Shown here piece after piece: positions 46,797 to 57,710 of a DNA stretch of 64,000 nt (within the stretch, counting starts at the first letter, position 1; every line of letters begins with the position of its first letter). The stretch comes from a virus. Both the position numbers and the translations under genes were made by a program. The DNA is taken from positions 34,913 through 98,912 of IMG/VR virus record IMGVR_UViG_3300033233_000019, one strand, 5' to 3'. The notes beneath the pieces were generated by a model. It ran no database searches. It was not told the origin of the DNA and saw only the letters and a program-made list of their open reading frames with translations.

Positions 46797-47837
46797 ATGG
46801 CAACTAAAATCAATATCAATGGTGTGCATGAACTAGATTTTACATTGCCGGGTACAACTACGGCAACAATCGCCGCAGGAGTAACATCAATCATAAATGC
46901 AGGATTCAATGGAGTCCGCAAAGTCGCCAGTTCTCCTGACACGATTCTAACTTCCGACAACCAAAAACTTGTTGCTTACAACAGTGGTTCCGCAGTCGCA
47001 GTAACTTTGCCGCAAGCTGGCACTGCTGGCTTCGACAGTCATTTCGTATTTTGGGTTTCCAACATCGGCGCTGGCAGCGTCACAATCACATCGACAGCTT
47101 GCACAATCGATGGCAATGCAACGCTTGTGCTTGATCAGGGATCGGGCGCTACGATCTTCAATGACGGGACTAACTATTTCACCGTCGCTGGCGGTGGAGC
47201 GGCGACAGGCTTAGTTACCACCGTCCATCAGGTCGCCCACGGCTTCGCCACAGGTGACGCAATATACTTTACTGGCTCTGCTTGGGCAAAGGCTAAGGCA
47301 GACGTTGGCAGCACACTTGGCATCGGGATCGCAACGCTTGTCGGCGCAGACGATTTCAAAGTCACGACAGCCGGGTTCATCAAGAATCTTTCCGGTATGA
47401 CCGCAGGACAGTATTACTTCGTGTCCGATGCGACTGCTGGATTGCTGACAAGCACAGAGCCAACGACAGCGTTACACTATTCTAATCCGTTGTTCTTTGC
47501 ACTGAGCACGACAACCGGATTCGTTCTGCCCTTCCGTCCTAGCAAGATCGAGTTAGCCCCGTCCGTCGTAACAAAAACGGGTAACTGGACAGCGATTGCG
47601 AAGCAGACAGTTCTATGCGATACATCGGCTGGCGGCTTTACAGTTACACTTCCGGCATCAGCAAGCAATGCAACGTTTCCGATCACAGTTAAAAAGATTT
47701 CTTCCGACTTCAACGTGTTGACCGTAGCCACAACTGGCGGCGACACGATTGATGGTGATGCAACAAAAGAGATTCTGACACCCCAAACATCGCTGACCGC
47801 GCAAGCAGACGGCGGTACCACATGGGAAGTTGTCTAA
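46797..47837 (+). CDS. Tail fibre/structural protein
   Basis: Two (T/V)VTLP domains flanking a DUF2190-like segment. Confidence 0.65.
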   Translation: MATKININGVHELDFTLPGTTTATIAAGVTSIINAGFNGVRKVASSPDTILTSDNQKLVAYNSGSAVAVTLPQAGTAGFDSHFVFWVSNIGAGSVTITSTACTIDGNATLVLDQGSGATIFNDGTNYFTVAGGGAATGLVTTVHQVAHGFATGDAIYFTGSAWAKAKADVGSTLGIGIATLVGADDFKVTTAGFIKNLSGMTAGQYYFVSDATAGLLTSTEPTTALHYSNPLFFALSTTTGFVLPFRPSKIELAPSVVTKTGNWTAIAKQTVLCDTSAGGFTVTLPASASNATFPITVKKISSDFNVLTVATTGGDTIDGDATKEILTPQTSLTAQADGGTTWEVV

Positions 47838-47846
47838 AGGAATACC

Positions 47847-49547
47847 ATGAGTTATTTCCCTCCACAACCAAGCATCAAAGACACAAACAATAGCTCGTCC
47901 GCTACATTAGGCATCGGCGGTGTGTTCACTGGAACAGCAACCGATGTGTCGGCATATGCTACTGTCCAAGTCGGAGTAATCTCTGATGTTGCTAGTGCCA
48001 CAAATGGGTTGTCGCTTCAGTTCTCTGATGAAGTGGTTCCTACGAATTGGGACTTCGTTGCTGCGACAACTTATCCGGGCGGCAGTGTTGGTGTGACTGT
48101 TCCAAGCGGTCGTCGTGCAAGATGGTTCCGTATCGTTTACACAAACGGCGTAACAGGCCAAGCATCATTCAGACTGACTACTCGTCTGACTCCTATTGCC
48201 GTTGAAGCGACGAAGAGATTTCTGTCGCAGCCCCCAACAGATTCACAGTTAGCGGCACTGGTTAATGCCGTGATTACTGGTAAGAACGTATTCGATAACA
48301 AGTACATCAATGTTTTGACTGATAATGCTGGCAATTTGCAAGTCGGTTTCGGTACAGGTGGTAGCTCTGTAGACGCATTCGGCAGAGCACGAGTCGGTAA
48401 TCCGACCACATTATTCAATTCAAATTTCATCTACAACGCACAGCCTCTTTTGTGGGATACAGTTGTTACAGGCGGCGGAACAGCAGCGAAGACCGCTAAC
48501 GTTTCCTCAGTCACTCTGAACACAGGCGGCACCACAAACGGCGACGGCGTGTACATGCAGACGCATCGTTACTATCGCTACGAACCGGGCAAATCGCAAC
48601 TCATAATGTTCACTGGCGTGCTTGGAGCACAGAAGGCCAACGTCCGCAGTCGGTACGGCTATTACGAAGTAAACGACGGCTGCTACTTTGAAATGGACGG
48701 AACCAATGGGCCAGCGGTAAACATTCGCACGCACACATCTGGCTCTCCGGTAGATACTCCTGTTCTTCAAGCAAACTGGAATCTTGACAAGATGGATGGC
48801 ACCGGGAACACCGGAATCACCCTCGACTTCAGTAAGCAGCAGATTTTCGTTATTGATCTGCAATGGCTTGGTTCAGGACGTGTACGATTTGGATTTGTGG
48901 TCAATGGTGTGCTAGTCTACGCACATCAATTTTTGAACGATAACAGATTCACCTTACCATACATGAATACTGCACAGCTTCCATTGCGTGCAGAAATTTT
49001 CAATACTGGAACAGCCGCATCCGGCACGATTATGACAATGGTCTGCGGCTCGATTGTTTCAGAAGGCGGCGAGGAATCACCAAATGCTTTGCAGTTCACT
49101 GCTAACAACGGTGTTACTCCTATCGCTGTAACGACTCGTAGAGCGATTCTTTCGATTCGCCCTAAGACAACTTTCAATAGTATTGCAAACCACGTTCCTC
49201 TACGTAATCTTAATGTGTCCTTATATGCTGATGCAACAGTTTTGTATGAGGTTATTCACGGCGGATCGCTTGGCGGCGCACCTTCATTTGCAGATGTTGA
49301 CACGACAAACTGCGGGGCAGAAAAAGATGTGGCCGGGACAACTGTGACTGGCGGTGTCGTGATTGCGTCTGGTTATCTGAGTGTTTCTGGTGGCTCAAAT
49401 AAAAATAATATCGACATTCCACTGACACAGGAACTTCTTTGCACGATCAGTGCAGCGGGTGTACAAGACAACTTCAGTATCGTCTGTACATCATTCACAG
49501 GCACCGCGAATTGCGCTGCCTCGATTGTGTTCCAAGAGAGACGATAA
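47847..49547 (+). CDS. Virion structural protein (DAFGR...P.TLF family)
   Basis: DAFGRARVGNPTTLF, YEPGKSQ, QWLGSGRVRFG. Confidence 0.7.
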   Translation: MSYFPPQPSIKDTNNSSSATLGIGGVFTGTATDVSAYATVQVGVISDVASATNGLSLQFSDEVVPTNWDFVAATTYPGGSVGVTVPSGRRARWFRIVYTNGVTGQASFRLTTRLTPIAVEATKRFLSQPPTDSQLAALVNAVITGKNVFDNKYINVLTDNAGNLQVGFGTGGSSVDAFGRARVGNPTTLFNSNFIYNAQPLLWDTVVTGGGTAAKTANVSSVTLNTGGTTNGDGVYMQTHRYYRYEPGKSQLIMFTGVLGAQKANVRSRYGYYEVNDGCYFEMDGTNGPAVNIRTHTSGSPVDTPVLQANWNLDKMDGTGNTGITLDFSKQQIFVIDLQWLGSGRVRFGFVVNGVLVYAHQFLNDNRFTLPYMNTAQLPLRAEIFNTGTAASGTIMTMVCGSIVSEGGEESPNALQFTANNGVTPIAVTTRRAILSIRPKTTFNSIANHVPLRNLNVSLYADATVLYEVIHGGSLGGAPSFADVDTTNCGAEKDVAGTTVTGGVVIASGYLSVSGGSNKNNIDIPLTQELLCTISAAGVQDNFSIVCTSFTGTANCAASIVFQERR

Positions 49548-49548
49548 C

Positions 49549-50331
49549 ATGGCGAATAGTGCAGCAACAGGTGAAGTACAAGGACCGCAAGGTCAGCAGG
49601 GCACAGCAGGAGTTGCTGGTGCTACTGGTGCTCCCGGCGCTACAGGCGCAGCGGGTGCTAACGGACTAAATGCCGATATGACGCGCACGTCTACTACGTC
49701 AGTTACGGTTGGCTTGGGCAGTAAGACGTTCACCTATGCGTCTTCTACCAATCTTGGCTGGCTGCTTGGCACTCGTCTTCGTGCAGCATCGAATGCAACG
49801 CCGACTGATTATATGGAAGGCGTGATCACTGTCGTGTCCGCGATTTCGGTAACCATCAATGTTGACACGATCAGCGGAAGCGGAACGCACATCGATTGGG
49901 ACATTGCTGTGAATGGCAATCCCGGCACAGTGGCATCGAGAGCAAATATCATTTACACAACCGGAACTATTGCTGCTGGAGGTTTTGAAACAGGAAGTCT
50001 CGCTATAGCAAGAAGTTTCGCCATTATTGCCGTATCAGTAGATCGCTCGTCAAGAGTACGGCTGTATTCAACAGCAGCGCAGCGAACTGCGGACATAACA
50101 AGAGGAGCGTTTTCTCCACCTCCTGTAAATACAAGCCATGGAGTGATTATGGACATGGTTCTCGATGGTAGCGTCACTGCCCCATTGAGCAACTTCATTT
50201 GTAGCCCCGAAGTATATGGAGCTAACGGTGATGCTTCTCCTACGAGCACTATATATTATACTATCACAAACAACACTGTTTCAAACAGCACTGTACAAAT
50301 AACTTTGCTGACCAAGATTGAGGAAATCTAA
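49549..50331 (+). CDS. Collagen-repeat fibre protein
   Basis: About 10 Gly-X-Y triplets; C-terminus paralogous to 24754. Confidence 0.75.
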   Translation: MANSAATGEVQGPQGQQGTAGVAGATGAPGATGAAGANGLNADMTRTSTTSVTVGLGSKTFTYASSTNLGWLLGTRLRAASNATPTDYMEGVITVVSAISVTINVDTISGSGTHIDWDIAVNGNPGTVASRANIIYTTGTIAAGGFETGSLAIARSFAIIAVSVDRSSRVRLYSTAAQRTADITRGAFSPPPVNTSHGVIMDMVLDGSVTAPLSNFICSPEVYGANGDASPTSTIYYTITNNTVSNSTVQITLLTKIEEI

Positions 50332-50332
50332 T

Positions 50333-51424
50333 ATGGCAACTTACACAACTAACGTTGCACCTAGTAACGCTTCTATAGCTGCATTCGATGCATGGAGTCT
50401 AGCCATCAGTACGGCTCTTGGCAATTTCGGATGGGTACAACAAAACGACACAGGTCAGTTTGTTCAGACTGCCACAGTTTTGACTTTGACACAGGTGACT
50501 GTTGGCGCTAATGCCGTCTACTCTTATTCTAGTTTCACTGGACCTTCGCCGCGTGTTGGAATGTCTATTATCGTCACTGGCTTCGTAACAGGCGGCAATA
50601 ACGTAACCGCTACGCTCACGGCTGTTTCGGGCGGCGCTAGTGGCACCGTGACTGTCGCTCTGACTACACAGGCCAACGAAACTCATGCTGGTTCAGGAAC
50701 CACTACCGCTTTGGCGGCTCCTCCCGGTACAGGCGCTTATGTTTACGAAATTTGGAAGACAAGCGACAGTGTTGGGTTCCCGGTATTCCTAAAAGTTGAA
50801 TATGGCACCCACAGTTCCACAGCCAACACCCCAAGCATTGCCATGACTATCGGAACTGGTTCAAACGGAGCAGGTACACTTTTAAATCCGAGTTCTAGGT
50901 TCGGAGCAGACAACGTACAATCTAACTCTGCGACTCTTTATGCCTGTCATTTCTCGGGAGACGCCGGAAGATTTTCAATGATGATGTGGCATGGACAGGG
51001 AAACTTATCTTTCATTTATGTGTTCTCGCTAGAACGCAGTTATGACAACACAGGAACCGCCACGGGCAGCTACTATACTATCAACATGTATAGTGCGAAC
51101 TTGACTGGTAAGAATCAAACTCTGTTTCCATCTGGCGCTATTACTGTTGCTGAAACTGGTGGGTGGTGTGTAGCTATTCCCAAGACGGCTACTACGGGCA
51201 ACCTTGGAAGCACGACACACGTTAGTCCTACATTTCCGATGGTAGGTGGTATTGGAAATCCCGGAACTAACATTATGGTTTTTAGAGGAACCGATTTTTC
51301 TGACAACCAGATTGTGTTTATCTCAATCTACGGTGTGCAGCAAACTTACATAACATTTGCATCAAACAACGCGAACGTAACTTCCACCGCCGTTACAGTC
51401 GGCACTATGACTCGCTACAGTTAA
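50333..51424 (+). CDS. Tail-associated structural protein
   Basis: GAGGA RBS; T/G/S-rich. Confidence 0.6.
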   Translation: MATYTTNVAPSNASIAAFDAWSLAISTALGNFGWVQQNDTGQFVQTATVLTLTQVTVGANAVYSYSSFTGPSPRVGMSIIVTGFVTGGNNVTATLTAVSGGASGTVTVALTTQANETHAGSGTTTALAAPPGTGAYVYEIWKTSDSVGFPVFLKVEYGTHSSTANTPSIAMTIGTGSNGAGTLLNPSSRFGADNVQSNSATLYACHFSGDAGRFSMMMWHGQGNLSFIYVFSLERSYDNTGTATGSYYTINMYSANLTGKNQTLFPSGAITVAETGGWCVAIPKTATTGNLGSTTHVSPTFPMVGGIGNPGTNIMVFRGTDFSDNQIVFISIYGVQQTYITFASNNANVTSTAVTVGTMTRYS

Positions 51425-51432
51425 GGACAACT

Positions 51433-52497
51433 ATGTCAACATGGAGTGTACCAACAAACAAACAGCAGACGGCAATTGTGGCTGGTCCATCATCTAGTCA
51501 GACATTAACTATGGGAACACCTATTGCCCATTCATTGCTGGTCTGTGTTGTGGCATGGACGGGAGCAGTTACCGTAACAATAGCCGACAGCGTAAACTCG
51601 TGGTTATCCATACCAACTATTACGAATGGTTCTAACCATGTGCAGATGTGGTACTGTTTGGACTCTCTTGCTTCAGCAAGTACATTGACAGCTACATTTT
51701 CTGCTAATGCTACTAACATACAAATTTTCAACGCAGAGTATCCAGTTGGTGCGACTAAACTGGCGATTACGGCAGCTTCGCAATCTGGAAGCATTACTAC
51801 TTATACCTGTTCGATAACAGAAGGTTCTCCTGTACTTGCTGGTATGCCGGTTGTTATCACTGGAATGGCCGATGCTGGCAACAATACGGGTGGTTCCAAC
51901 CCGGCATTCTTCATTATTCAATCTGTAGCTGGTGGTCCTCCGATTACCAGTTTCACGGTTGACAATCCTAATGGAGTTACTCGGGCAAGTCAAAGTGGCA
52001 CAGGAATTGTTGGACAGCAGCAAGGGTTAATTACTGTATCGGTTGATGCTGATTTACACACTGCTACAGGAACAAGCACTGCTCCATCAAGCGGCGCACC
52101 AATCATTACTTTTGGTGACGAATTGTGGATAGGATATGCTGATGCTGGAACATCCCTTACGTGGGCTGCTGCTGGTGGATCGCCATATACATTACGATCT
52201 ACAGCCGCAACAAGCAGAGGAGCATATGAAGATGTTCTGAATGCATCCGGGTCAGTTGCAGGAACGGCAACGTTCGCAATTACAAGCAATCCGTGGGAGG
52301 CAGGAGTAATTACTTTTTCGGTAAGCTCAGTTGGGACAAGTCTTACATTACCAGCAGTAGAATCAAACATATCAATGCAAGGTCCGCTAATAGCAACACC
52401 AAACGCTAGATATTCAATTAATACCGATCCAATGGGCAGTAGTAATTCGGGCTCTGGCAATGGAGTCGGTCAGATTTATCCAACAGGCAGGAATTAA
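51433..52497 (+). CDS. Tail-associated structural protein
   Basis: AAGGA RBS; T/S/G-rich. Confidence 0.6.
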   Translation: MSTWSVPTNKQQTAIVAGPSSSQTLTMGTPIAHSLLVCVVAWTGAVTVTIADSVNSWLSIPTITNGSNHVQMWYCLDSLASASTLTATFSANATNIQIFNAEYPVGATKLAITAASQSGSITTYTCSITEGSPVLAGMPVVITGMADAGNNTGGSNPAFFIIQSVAGGPPITSFTVDNPNGVTRASQSGTGIVGQQQGLITVSVDADLHTATGTSTAPSSGAPIITFGDELWIGYADAGTSLTWAAAGGSPYTLRSTAATSRGAYEDVLNASGSVAGTATFAITSNPWEAGVITFSVSSVGTSLTLPAVESNISMQGPLIATPNARYSINTDPMGSSNSGSGNGVGQIYPTGRN

Positions 52498-52513
52498 AAT
52501 ACGGAGAGGGAAC

Positions 52514-52549
52514 AGGGCTATCGCAATAGCGATAGCCCTTTTTTCTTTT
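52514..52549 (+). terminator. Rho-independent terminator ending the + strand operon
   Basis: agggctatcgc-aata-gcgatagccct + T tract. Confidence 0.85.
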
Positions 52550-52589
52550 GCAGTTCGTTCATTTGCAGATTGGTTACATCGGTTACGAC

Positions 52590-52956
52590 TCCGCGAAGAG
52601 TCAAGGGCTTGAACGTAATTGGACACCTCTCGAACCGCGGCATATTTGTCGTTGCGTGCAGTGCCTAGAGCCTCGTAAGACAAGAGGTCAGAAAGTGATG
52701 CGATCGTGCCCTCGATCTTGCTTGAGAGAAGCGCTTCGCGGCGGCTGAATGGCCCGATCAACAGATGCGGATTGGGCAATGTACGTGCCGTACCAGCGAG
52801 TTCGCTCAGTTTTCTGTCAGCCTCGCTGATTTGGGACGAAAGCTCCCACGTGGGTTCAATGATGGGCGGTAGATCGTTAGGAACAAAAGACCACAGGCCC
52901 TCAGTGTTCCGGACAAATTTACCGGGTTTGTTTTTTGAGAACGATTCAGTGTCCAT
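52590..52956 (-). pseudogene. Truncated Fic-family gene (N-terminal DUF4172 part only)
   Basis: FVPNDLPP, REALLSSKIEGT, EVSNYV.AL, then unrelated sequence; no HPFxxGNGR motif. Confidence 0.8.
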
Positions 52957-52979
52957 CGGTCTATAAGCCTGCTTTTGGT

Positions 52980-53008
52980 ATTATCTGCTAATAAAAGATT
53001 GTTGGCAA
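52980..53008 (-). promoter_or_regulatory. Sigma70-like promoter of the fic remnant
   Basis: TTGCCA-17-GATAAT on minus strand. Confidence 0.55.
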
Positions 53009-53121
53009 AACCTTTTATTATCCCTTGACAGCATGACCGCTCAAGCATGTAGTTATTTGGTAGCTTGGGGGTCACATGAACCACCTAACAAATAGGAAAG
53101 AATCCGAGTGGTGGGGGCCAT

Positions 53122-53895
53122 TCATGCGCCCTCGTTTTCGAGCAGCGGGCCCATATCTCCGAGGGAGGCATCCATCCATTCTTGATCTTCCTCGTCCAAC
53201 GCCGGAATCTGACATGCCGCCTCGACGTTGGGAATGCGCAGCGCGACACCGCGACGCACCCACGTATATGCGTTGACCATAGACCGCAGGCAGTCAGTCA
53301 GTTTTTCTAACACTTCGGGATAGATAGCAATGCTGTTGTCAAGCGCCATATTTAGGGAATCCAATCCAAACTGTCCACGAATGGCGTGATAGTTAAATTT
53401 CCAGCAACACTCTGCATCTTGCTGTTTGTCAGCATATTTAAGTTCCGCTGCAGCCAGTTGGGTCGTGAGGTCGGCGACCTTACGCAATGTCCAAGCCGTG
53501 AACATTGCCTGGTCACGAACGGCCGAGCCGAACGCGTCTGTGCCCTTATTGCGGAAGTCCGCTTCCAATTCGCAGATTGACTCGCGTGTGAGGCGCTGCA
53601 CAACATCCTGCGGAACAACAGCCCTGGCGAATTGCGACATCGCAAGCGTTAGAGCGAAATACTTCGGGAATACTACTTCATACACCCGATCATATTCTGC
53701 CGCTGTCTTGGTTTCGATCACGGTCAGCAAAAGTCGCTTTACTTCATCCGACATTCCCTTAAATACTTCACCTGCGGTTGCGGATAGCGCACGTGTCGAA
53801 TCCTTCGAGCGCGACGCCAAGAAAGCCAGCACGCCGTCAAGCCTCTCGCCACTGAGAGCTAGCTTCGCTTCGTCCATGGTCGCAGCAGGGTTCAT
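53122..53895 (-). CDS. Hypothetical helical protein, probably host-derived
   Basis: 257 aa ORF with AGGA RBS, inside the decayed island. Confidence 0.7.
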   Translation of the reverse strand: MNPAATMDEAKLALSGERLDGVLAFLASRSKDSTRALSATAGEVFKGMSDEVKRLLLTVIETKTAAEYDRVYEVVFPKYFALTLAMSQFARAVVPQDVVQRLTRESICELEADFRNKGTDAFGSAVRDQAMFTAWTLRKVADLTTQLAAAELKYADKQQDAECCWKFNYHAIRGQFGLDSLNMALDNSIAIYPEVLEKLTDCLRSMVNAYTWVRRGVALRIPNVEAACQIPALDEEDQEWMDASLGDMGPLLENEGA

Positions 53896-54162
53896 TGGTT
53901 CCTACGCCTCATTCAATGCAGATTTTTCCGACAAGTATGTAACGAAGATCACCGCTGTTTGTGCCAACGAGCACGATTTGCCTTCAAAGTAATCTTGCGT
54001 CGTTCATCCGGTGATGCACGTGCAGCGCCACCGGCGCGGCCGTCGAGGTAATGACGAGTGGTGTAGATTTGGGCGTCGAGCGTGTTACGCTGCGTTAGCG
54101 TCATTAGCAGGAGCCACAGAACGACCAGCAATCGAAACAGAGTCTTCATTTAGCCCCTTCAG

Positions 54163-54828
54163 TCAGCAGCCCGCAACCTTCACCTTCGTGTCAGGCACAA
54201 CTTTGAACTCGCACAGGACAGCTTCGTCGTACATGTCCATGTCCATCTTTTGCGCGTAGTGATCTGTAATCCACATCCGACCACCTACCGTCTTGATCGC
54301 CCACCACTGGTTATCGTTTGTGTTGTACGCCACAGCGTAGCCTAGAGGCATTCCGTCGCACGTCTCGTCCTGCTTGACCACCATTGCGTTCTGGAAGTAG
54401 GGCGGAAACGGAGGAAGTCTGTCGTCATATGCTGGCGCGGAGTATTCCTGAACGATGTTCATATCGTTTAAGAACAACTCATTGTACCGTTCAAGCTCTC
54501 CCCGCCATGCCACACGAAGCTTGATCCACGGGCCTTTGCCGCCAGAACTCTTCGCCAGATACGGAACGCCATTGTCACGGTTGGGCATTTGCTTGGTCGG
54601 CTTATCGCAGACCGTGTTAGCGCAGTTATCGCAGTCCGAACAATCCTCGCCTTCAAACTCGTTCAGGATGCCAACGGCCAGCACGTCCCATGGCTCGATG
54701 TTTCCGGTCTTGTCGAGTCCAATGATCTTCGGGTTGAGCAGCCACGAAGGGAACGGCGGCACGTTTGGATATGGGGAGGGTACAGGTTTTGGTTCCCGTG
54801 CGTCAAATTCTTCTTCAAGTGTCTTCAT
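54163..54828 (-). CDS. Hypothetical protein with CxxCxxC
   Basis: AAGGA RBS. Confidence 0.7.
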   Translation of the reverse strand: MKTLEEEFDAREPKPVPSPYPNVPPFPSWLLNPKIIGLDKTGNIEPWDVLAVGILNEFEGEDCSDCDNCANTVCDKPTKQMPNRDNGVPYLAKSSGGKGPWIKLRVAWRGELERYNELFLNDMNIVQEYSAPAYDDRLPPFPPYFQNAMVVKQDETCDGMPLGYAVAYNTNDNQWWAIKTVGGRMWITDHYAQKMDMDMYDEAVLCEFKVVPDTKVKVAGC

Positions 54829-54961
54829 TTGTTTTCCTTATAAAGTTCGCATCCCTTTACTCCCATCGACCATTGACAATTCTTTGATGGGCAGTAATGA
54901 CCAACGCAGTCTTTACGCAGCTTGGCACCACAGTATTTGCATCGTACTTCGTGCGTACACT

Positions 54962-55231
54962 TCATTGGAAAATCTCAATCAACATGTCCATGTAGTTCAG
55001 CACTTCCGAAAAGCCACATGAGTGACCTTCAGACCAAGCGTAGCTCACAACCTTTGCAGCGTAACGCTCTGGCACTCCGCTGTTGATCACATAGGCTCTG
55101 GCATCAGCGTAGAACTTGTCCATCAAGCTCGATTGGTCTGCTCGATACGCTTCTCTGTTGTCCTTGTAGGGCAACTTAGTTTCATACGCGCCAGAACGAA
55201 CTCTGTCTTCAAAACATTTTTCTTCGATCAC
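54962..55231 (-). CDS. Hypothetical protein
   Basis: GTGA coupling; AW..GH motif. Confidence 0.65.
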   Translation of the reverse strand: MIEEKCFEDRVRSGAYETKLPYKDNREAYRADQSSLMDKFYADARAYVINSGVPERYAAKVVSYAWSEGHSCGFSEVLNYMDMLIEIFQ

Positions 55232-55737
55232 CGCGATCCTCCATCGGCCATGTACATGTCGTAAACTGCAATCACCTTTTCAGCACGCTTCGGATCAGTT
55301 GACCATTTGGCGCTGACACACTTGACGTATGTCACGCTGTCAGTCGCGTTAAGAGCGTCCATGTAGTGCTCAAAGCCTGAGACAGTTGATAGCCTCACGA
55401 GTGTGTCCTGACGATCCTTGAAGCACGAAGGCCAATCAGGATACACAATCCATCCTGCCACAACTTGAATCCAACCGTCAAGAACACCATCCGGCGTTCC
55501 CATCGCTTGCTCTTTAGGAATACCGACATACTCTCGCGTAGGCAGGTTGTGCGTGCCGTAAATCGCGTGCTTGTGCTGCTTCATTCCGAACAGATTGTTG
55601 TCTGACCGGGCTAACGCGGACGTTCCGTAGCCTGACTCTAGCGCAGCTTCGCACGCTGCCATCGTAGGAAAGATGCAGCCAGCGTCTTCTGCGGCTTTAG
55701 CTGCTCTATCCAGAAATGCTCGATTGTGGTTCTGCAC
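55228..55737 (-). CDS. Glucosaminidase (FlgJ/GH73-like) peptidoglycan hydrolase
   Basis: AALESGYG, NNLFGMK, TREY, WSTDP. Confidence 0.85.
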   Translation of the reverse strand: MQNHNRAFLDRAAKAAEDAGCIFPTMAACEAALESGYGTSALARSDNNLFGMKQHKHAIYGTHNLPTREYVGIPKEQAMGTPDGVLDGWIQVVAGWIVYPDWPSCFKDRQDTLVRLSTVSGFEHYMDALNATDSVTYVKCVSAKWSTDPKRAEKVIAVYDMYMADGGSR

Positions 55738-55909
55738 GCTGCGCCTCTTTGCTTTCTAGGTAGGGATCAATCTCCACGACCAAGTTTCCCTGCATATCCC
55801 AATACTGCTCGATCCTGCGGCACGGATCGCCTTTGATGCCTTCACCGCGAACTGTTAGACGAGTGCGAATCATTTGCACAACCGCCACGTCACGAAACTT
55901 GTTTTCCAT
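55706..55909 (-). CDS. Hypothetical protein
   Basis: RGEG...DPCR...QYW. Confidence 0.65.
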   Translation of the reverse strand: MENKFRDVAVVQMIRTRLTVRGEGIKGDPCRRIEQYWDMQGNLVVEIDPYLESKEAQRAEPQSSISG

Positions 55910-56049
55910 TATCTACCTATCGCTTTCTCGACAAGGTTTAGCACGCGATTCAGAAACCACGCCACGCCAAGAGCGTAGGCGGCAATCACGATAATCCACA
56001 TGCTGAAAATCGCAAGCACGGCTTTCGTTGCTGTTCTCACTTTCATCAT
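55909..56049 (-). CDS. 46 aa single-TM protein, probably leaderless
   Basis: ATG 6 nt after the -10 box; TAATG coupling to the next gene. Confidence 0.55.
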   Translation of the reverse strand: MMKVRTATKAVLAIFSMWIIVIAAYALGVAWFLNRVLNLVEKAIGR

Positions 56050-56055
56050 GGCTAC

Positions 56056-56084
56056 AGTCTACACCTTTTCAGGCTTTCTGTCAA
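56056..56084 (-). promoter_or_regulatory. Sigma70-like promoter
   Basis: TTGACA-17-TAGACT on minus strand. Confidence 0.75.
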
Positions 56085-56268
56085 GGTTTTTCTGAACGAT
56101 CACCTTGCACTTCCGGCTGCATCGTGGACAATGCCATGTGCCAAGCGTTGCCTCATCGAATTTATCTTCAGCCTTATCTTCCTTGCTACGTTCGCAAGGT
56201 TCTTTGTCGGCCTGAACATTGCAGCACACGCTGATGTACAGGTTAACTGGATTTTTGGACTTGCTCAT
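56059..56268 (-). CDS. Small zinc-finger protein
   Basis: SVCC, CPRC..C. Confidence 0.65.
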   Translation of the reverse strand: MSKSKNPVNLYISVCCNVQADKEPCERSKEDKAEDKFDEATLGTWHCPRCSRKCKVIVQKNLDRKPEKV

Positions 56269-57283
56269 TTGCTTTCTCCTTTTGTTCCTTGATCGTCCTG
56301 CTGATTTCCTGAGTCACCTTTTTCATTAGCGACTTTCTAAGCTTGAGTACTTCTATGGTTTTTGGTAGACCTTGGCCGATGTTCGCACCTTGGAACCGAT
56401 ACCATGCACCAGCCTGATTGATTACTTCCAGCGTGACACCGTACTCAACAAGACTCTTCATCGTGTCGAATCCTGATCCGTAAATCAAGTCAATGTCGGT
56501 TTCCTTCAACGGTGTACCGACTTTGTTCTTCACGCACTTGATGTGAATCTTGTGGCCGATTACGTCGTTGCCTTCCTTGAGTACGTCACGGCGTCTCGTG
56601 TCGAGCCTTACACTCGCGTAGAACTTGAGCGCCCTGCCGCCCGTTGTGGTTTCAGGACTGCCGAACATGACGCCGATCTTTTCACGAATCTGGTTGATGA
56701 AGATCACCGTCACCTGATTCTTCGCACAGATTCCGGTTAGCTTCCGGCACGCCTGAGACATTAGACGAGCCTGTAATCCCATGTGACTGTCGCCCATGTC
56801 GCCTTCTAGCTCCGCACGCGGAACTAACGCGGCAACGGAATCGACAATGATAAGTGTGACCGTCTGTGACTCGACCAACGCTTCCACAGTATCGAGAGCG
56901 TCCTCACCAGAATCCGGCTGACTAACAACAAGATCATCGACGTTCACTCCTAGCGTGTTCGCGTATGTCGGATCGAGTGCGTGCTCTGCGTCTACAAACG
57001 CGCAGATGCCGCCGTTCTTTTGCTCACATCCGATGATGTGAAGCGCCAGAGTAGTCTTGCCACTCGACTCAGGGCCGAATATTTCAATAATTCGACCACG
57101 GGGAATCCCGCCTGTTCCAATGACACCAGAATCCAAAGTAGGAAGCTGAGTGCAGATAGAGGGAATATCAAGTCCAACCTTATCCCCCAATCGGACTAGC
57201 GATGTTGTTGTCTTCAGCTTCTCGTTGAGGGTCTTCTCCAATTCGCGTAGGCTCTTGAACAGGCTTTCCTTGGTTTCCGCCAT
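56243..57283 (-). CDS. recA: RecA recombinase
   Basis: [39 protein letters not shown]. Confidence 0.97.
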   Translation of the reverse strand: MAETKESLFKSLRELEKTLNEKLKTTTSLVRLGDKVGLDIPSICTQLPTLDSGVIGTGGIPRGRIIEIFGPESSGKTTLALHIIGCEQKNGGICAFVDAEHALDPTYANTLGVNVDDLVVSQPDSGEDALDTVEALVESQTVTLIIVDSVAALVPRAELEGDMGDSHMGLQARLMSQACRKLTGICAKNQVTVIFINQIREKIGVMFGSPETTTGGRALKFYASVRLDTRRRDVLKEGNDVIGHKIHIKCVKNKVGTPLKETDIDLIYGSGFDTMKSLVEYGVTLEVINQAGAWYRFQGANIGQGLPKTIEVLKLRKSLMKKVTQEISRTIKEQKEKANEQVQKSS

Positions 57284-57710
57284 TCGATCCTTTCTCGTCG
57301 GCAGCTTTCCAGCTTGCGACTGTGCTCATAAACCGCAAAAACATTTTGGTGAACTTCGCGCCGCGTAACGCTGGCAGCATGTTCTTGCCATTCGGACTGC
57401 GCCACAACTCGTCGAGCGACTTCGTGAACTCACCGTTCTCGTTGAAGTACGCGAACCAGCAGAACTGGCAATTCGTTCGTGGCTCTTGACCAGTGAACTT
57501 GTGACCGCACGCTGCGACTCGCTTGTGCTGCACAGTGAAGAACTGACGCATCATTTTCTTGTACTCGCGCAGACCCGGCACTTTTTCAATTACTTCTGGT
57601 GTAGGCTTCACGCCCTCTTCGGCCACAACGTCTGATGGCGGCACGCCAATGATGTGTTCTGGCACCGCATCTAGTATCGCCTTGACTTGTTCCTTCGTGC
57701 TATCGTCCAC
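57180..57710 (-). CDS. Hypothetical protein with CGH..CxxC
   Basis: GAGGAG RBS, GTG start. Confidence 0.6.
   Translation of the reverse strand: MDDSTKEQVKAILDAVPEHIIGVPPSDVVAEEGVKPTPEVIEKVPGLREYKKMMRQFFTVQHKRVAACGHKFTGQEPRTNCQFCWFAYFNENGEFTKSLDELWRSPNGKNMLPALRGAKFTKMFLRFMSTVASWKAADEKGSNGGNQGKPVQEPTRIGEDPQREAEDNNIASPIGG

Noticed and set aside
52414-52590. C-terminal part of the 180 aa Fic ORF
   Set aside because: Read-through across the terminator and into the antisense of the tail gene
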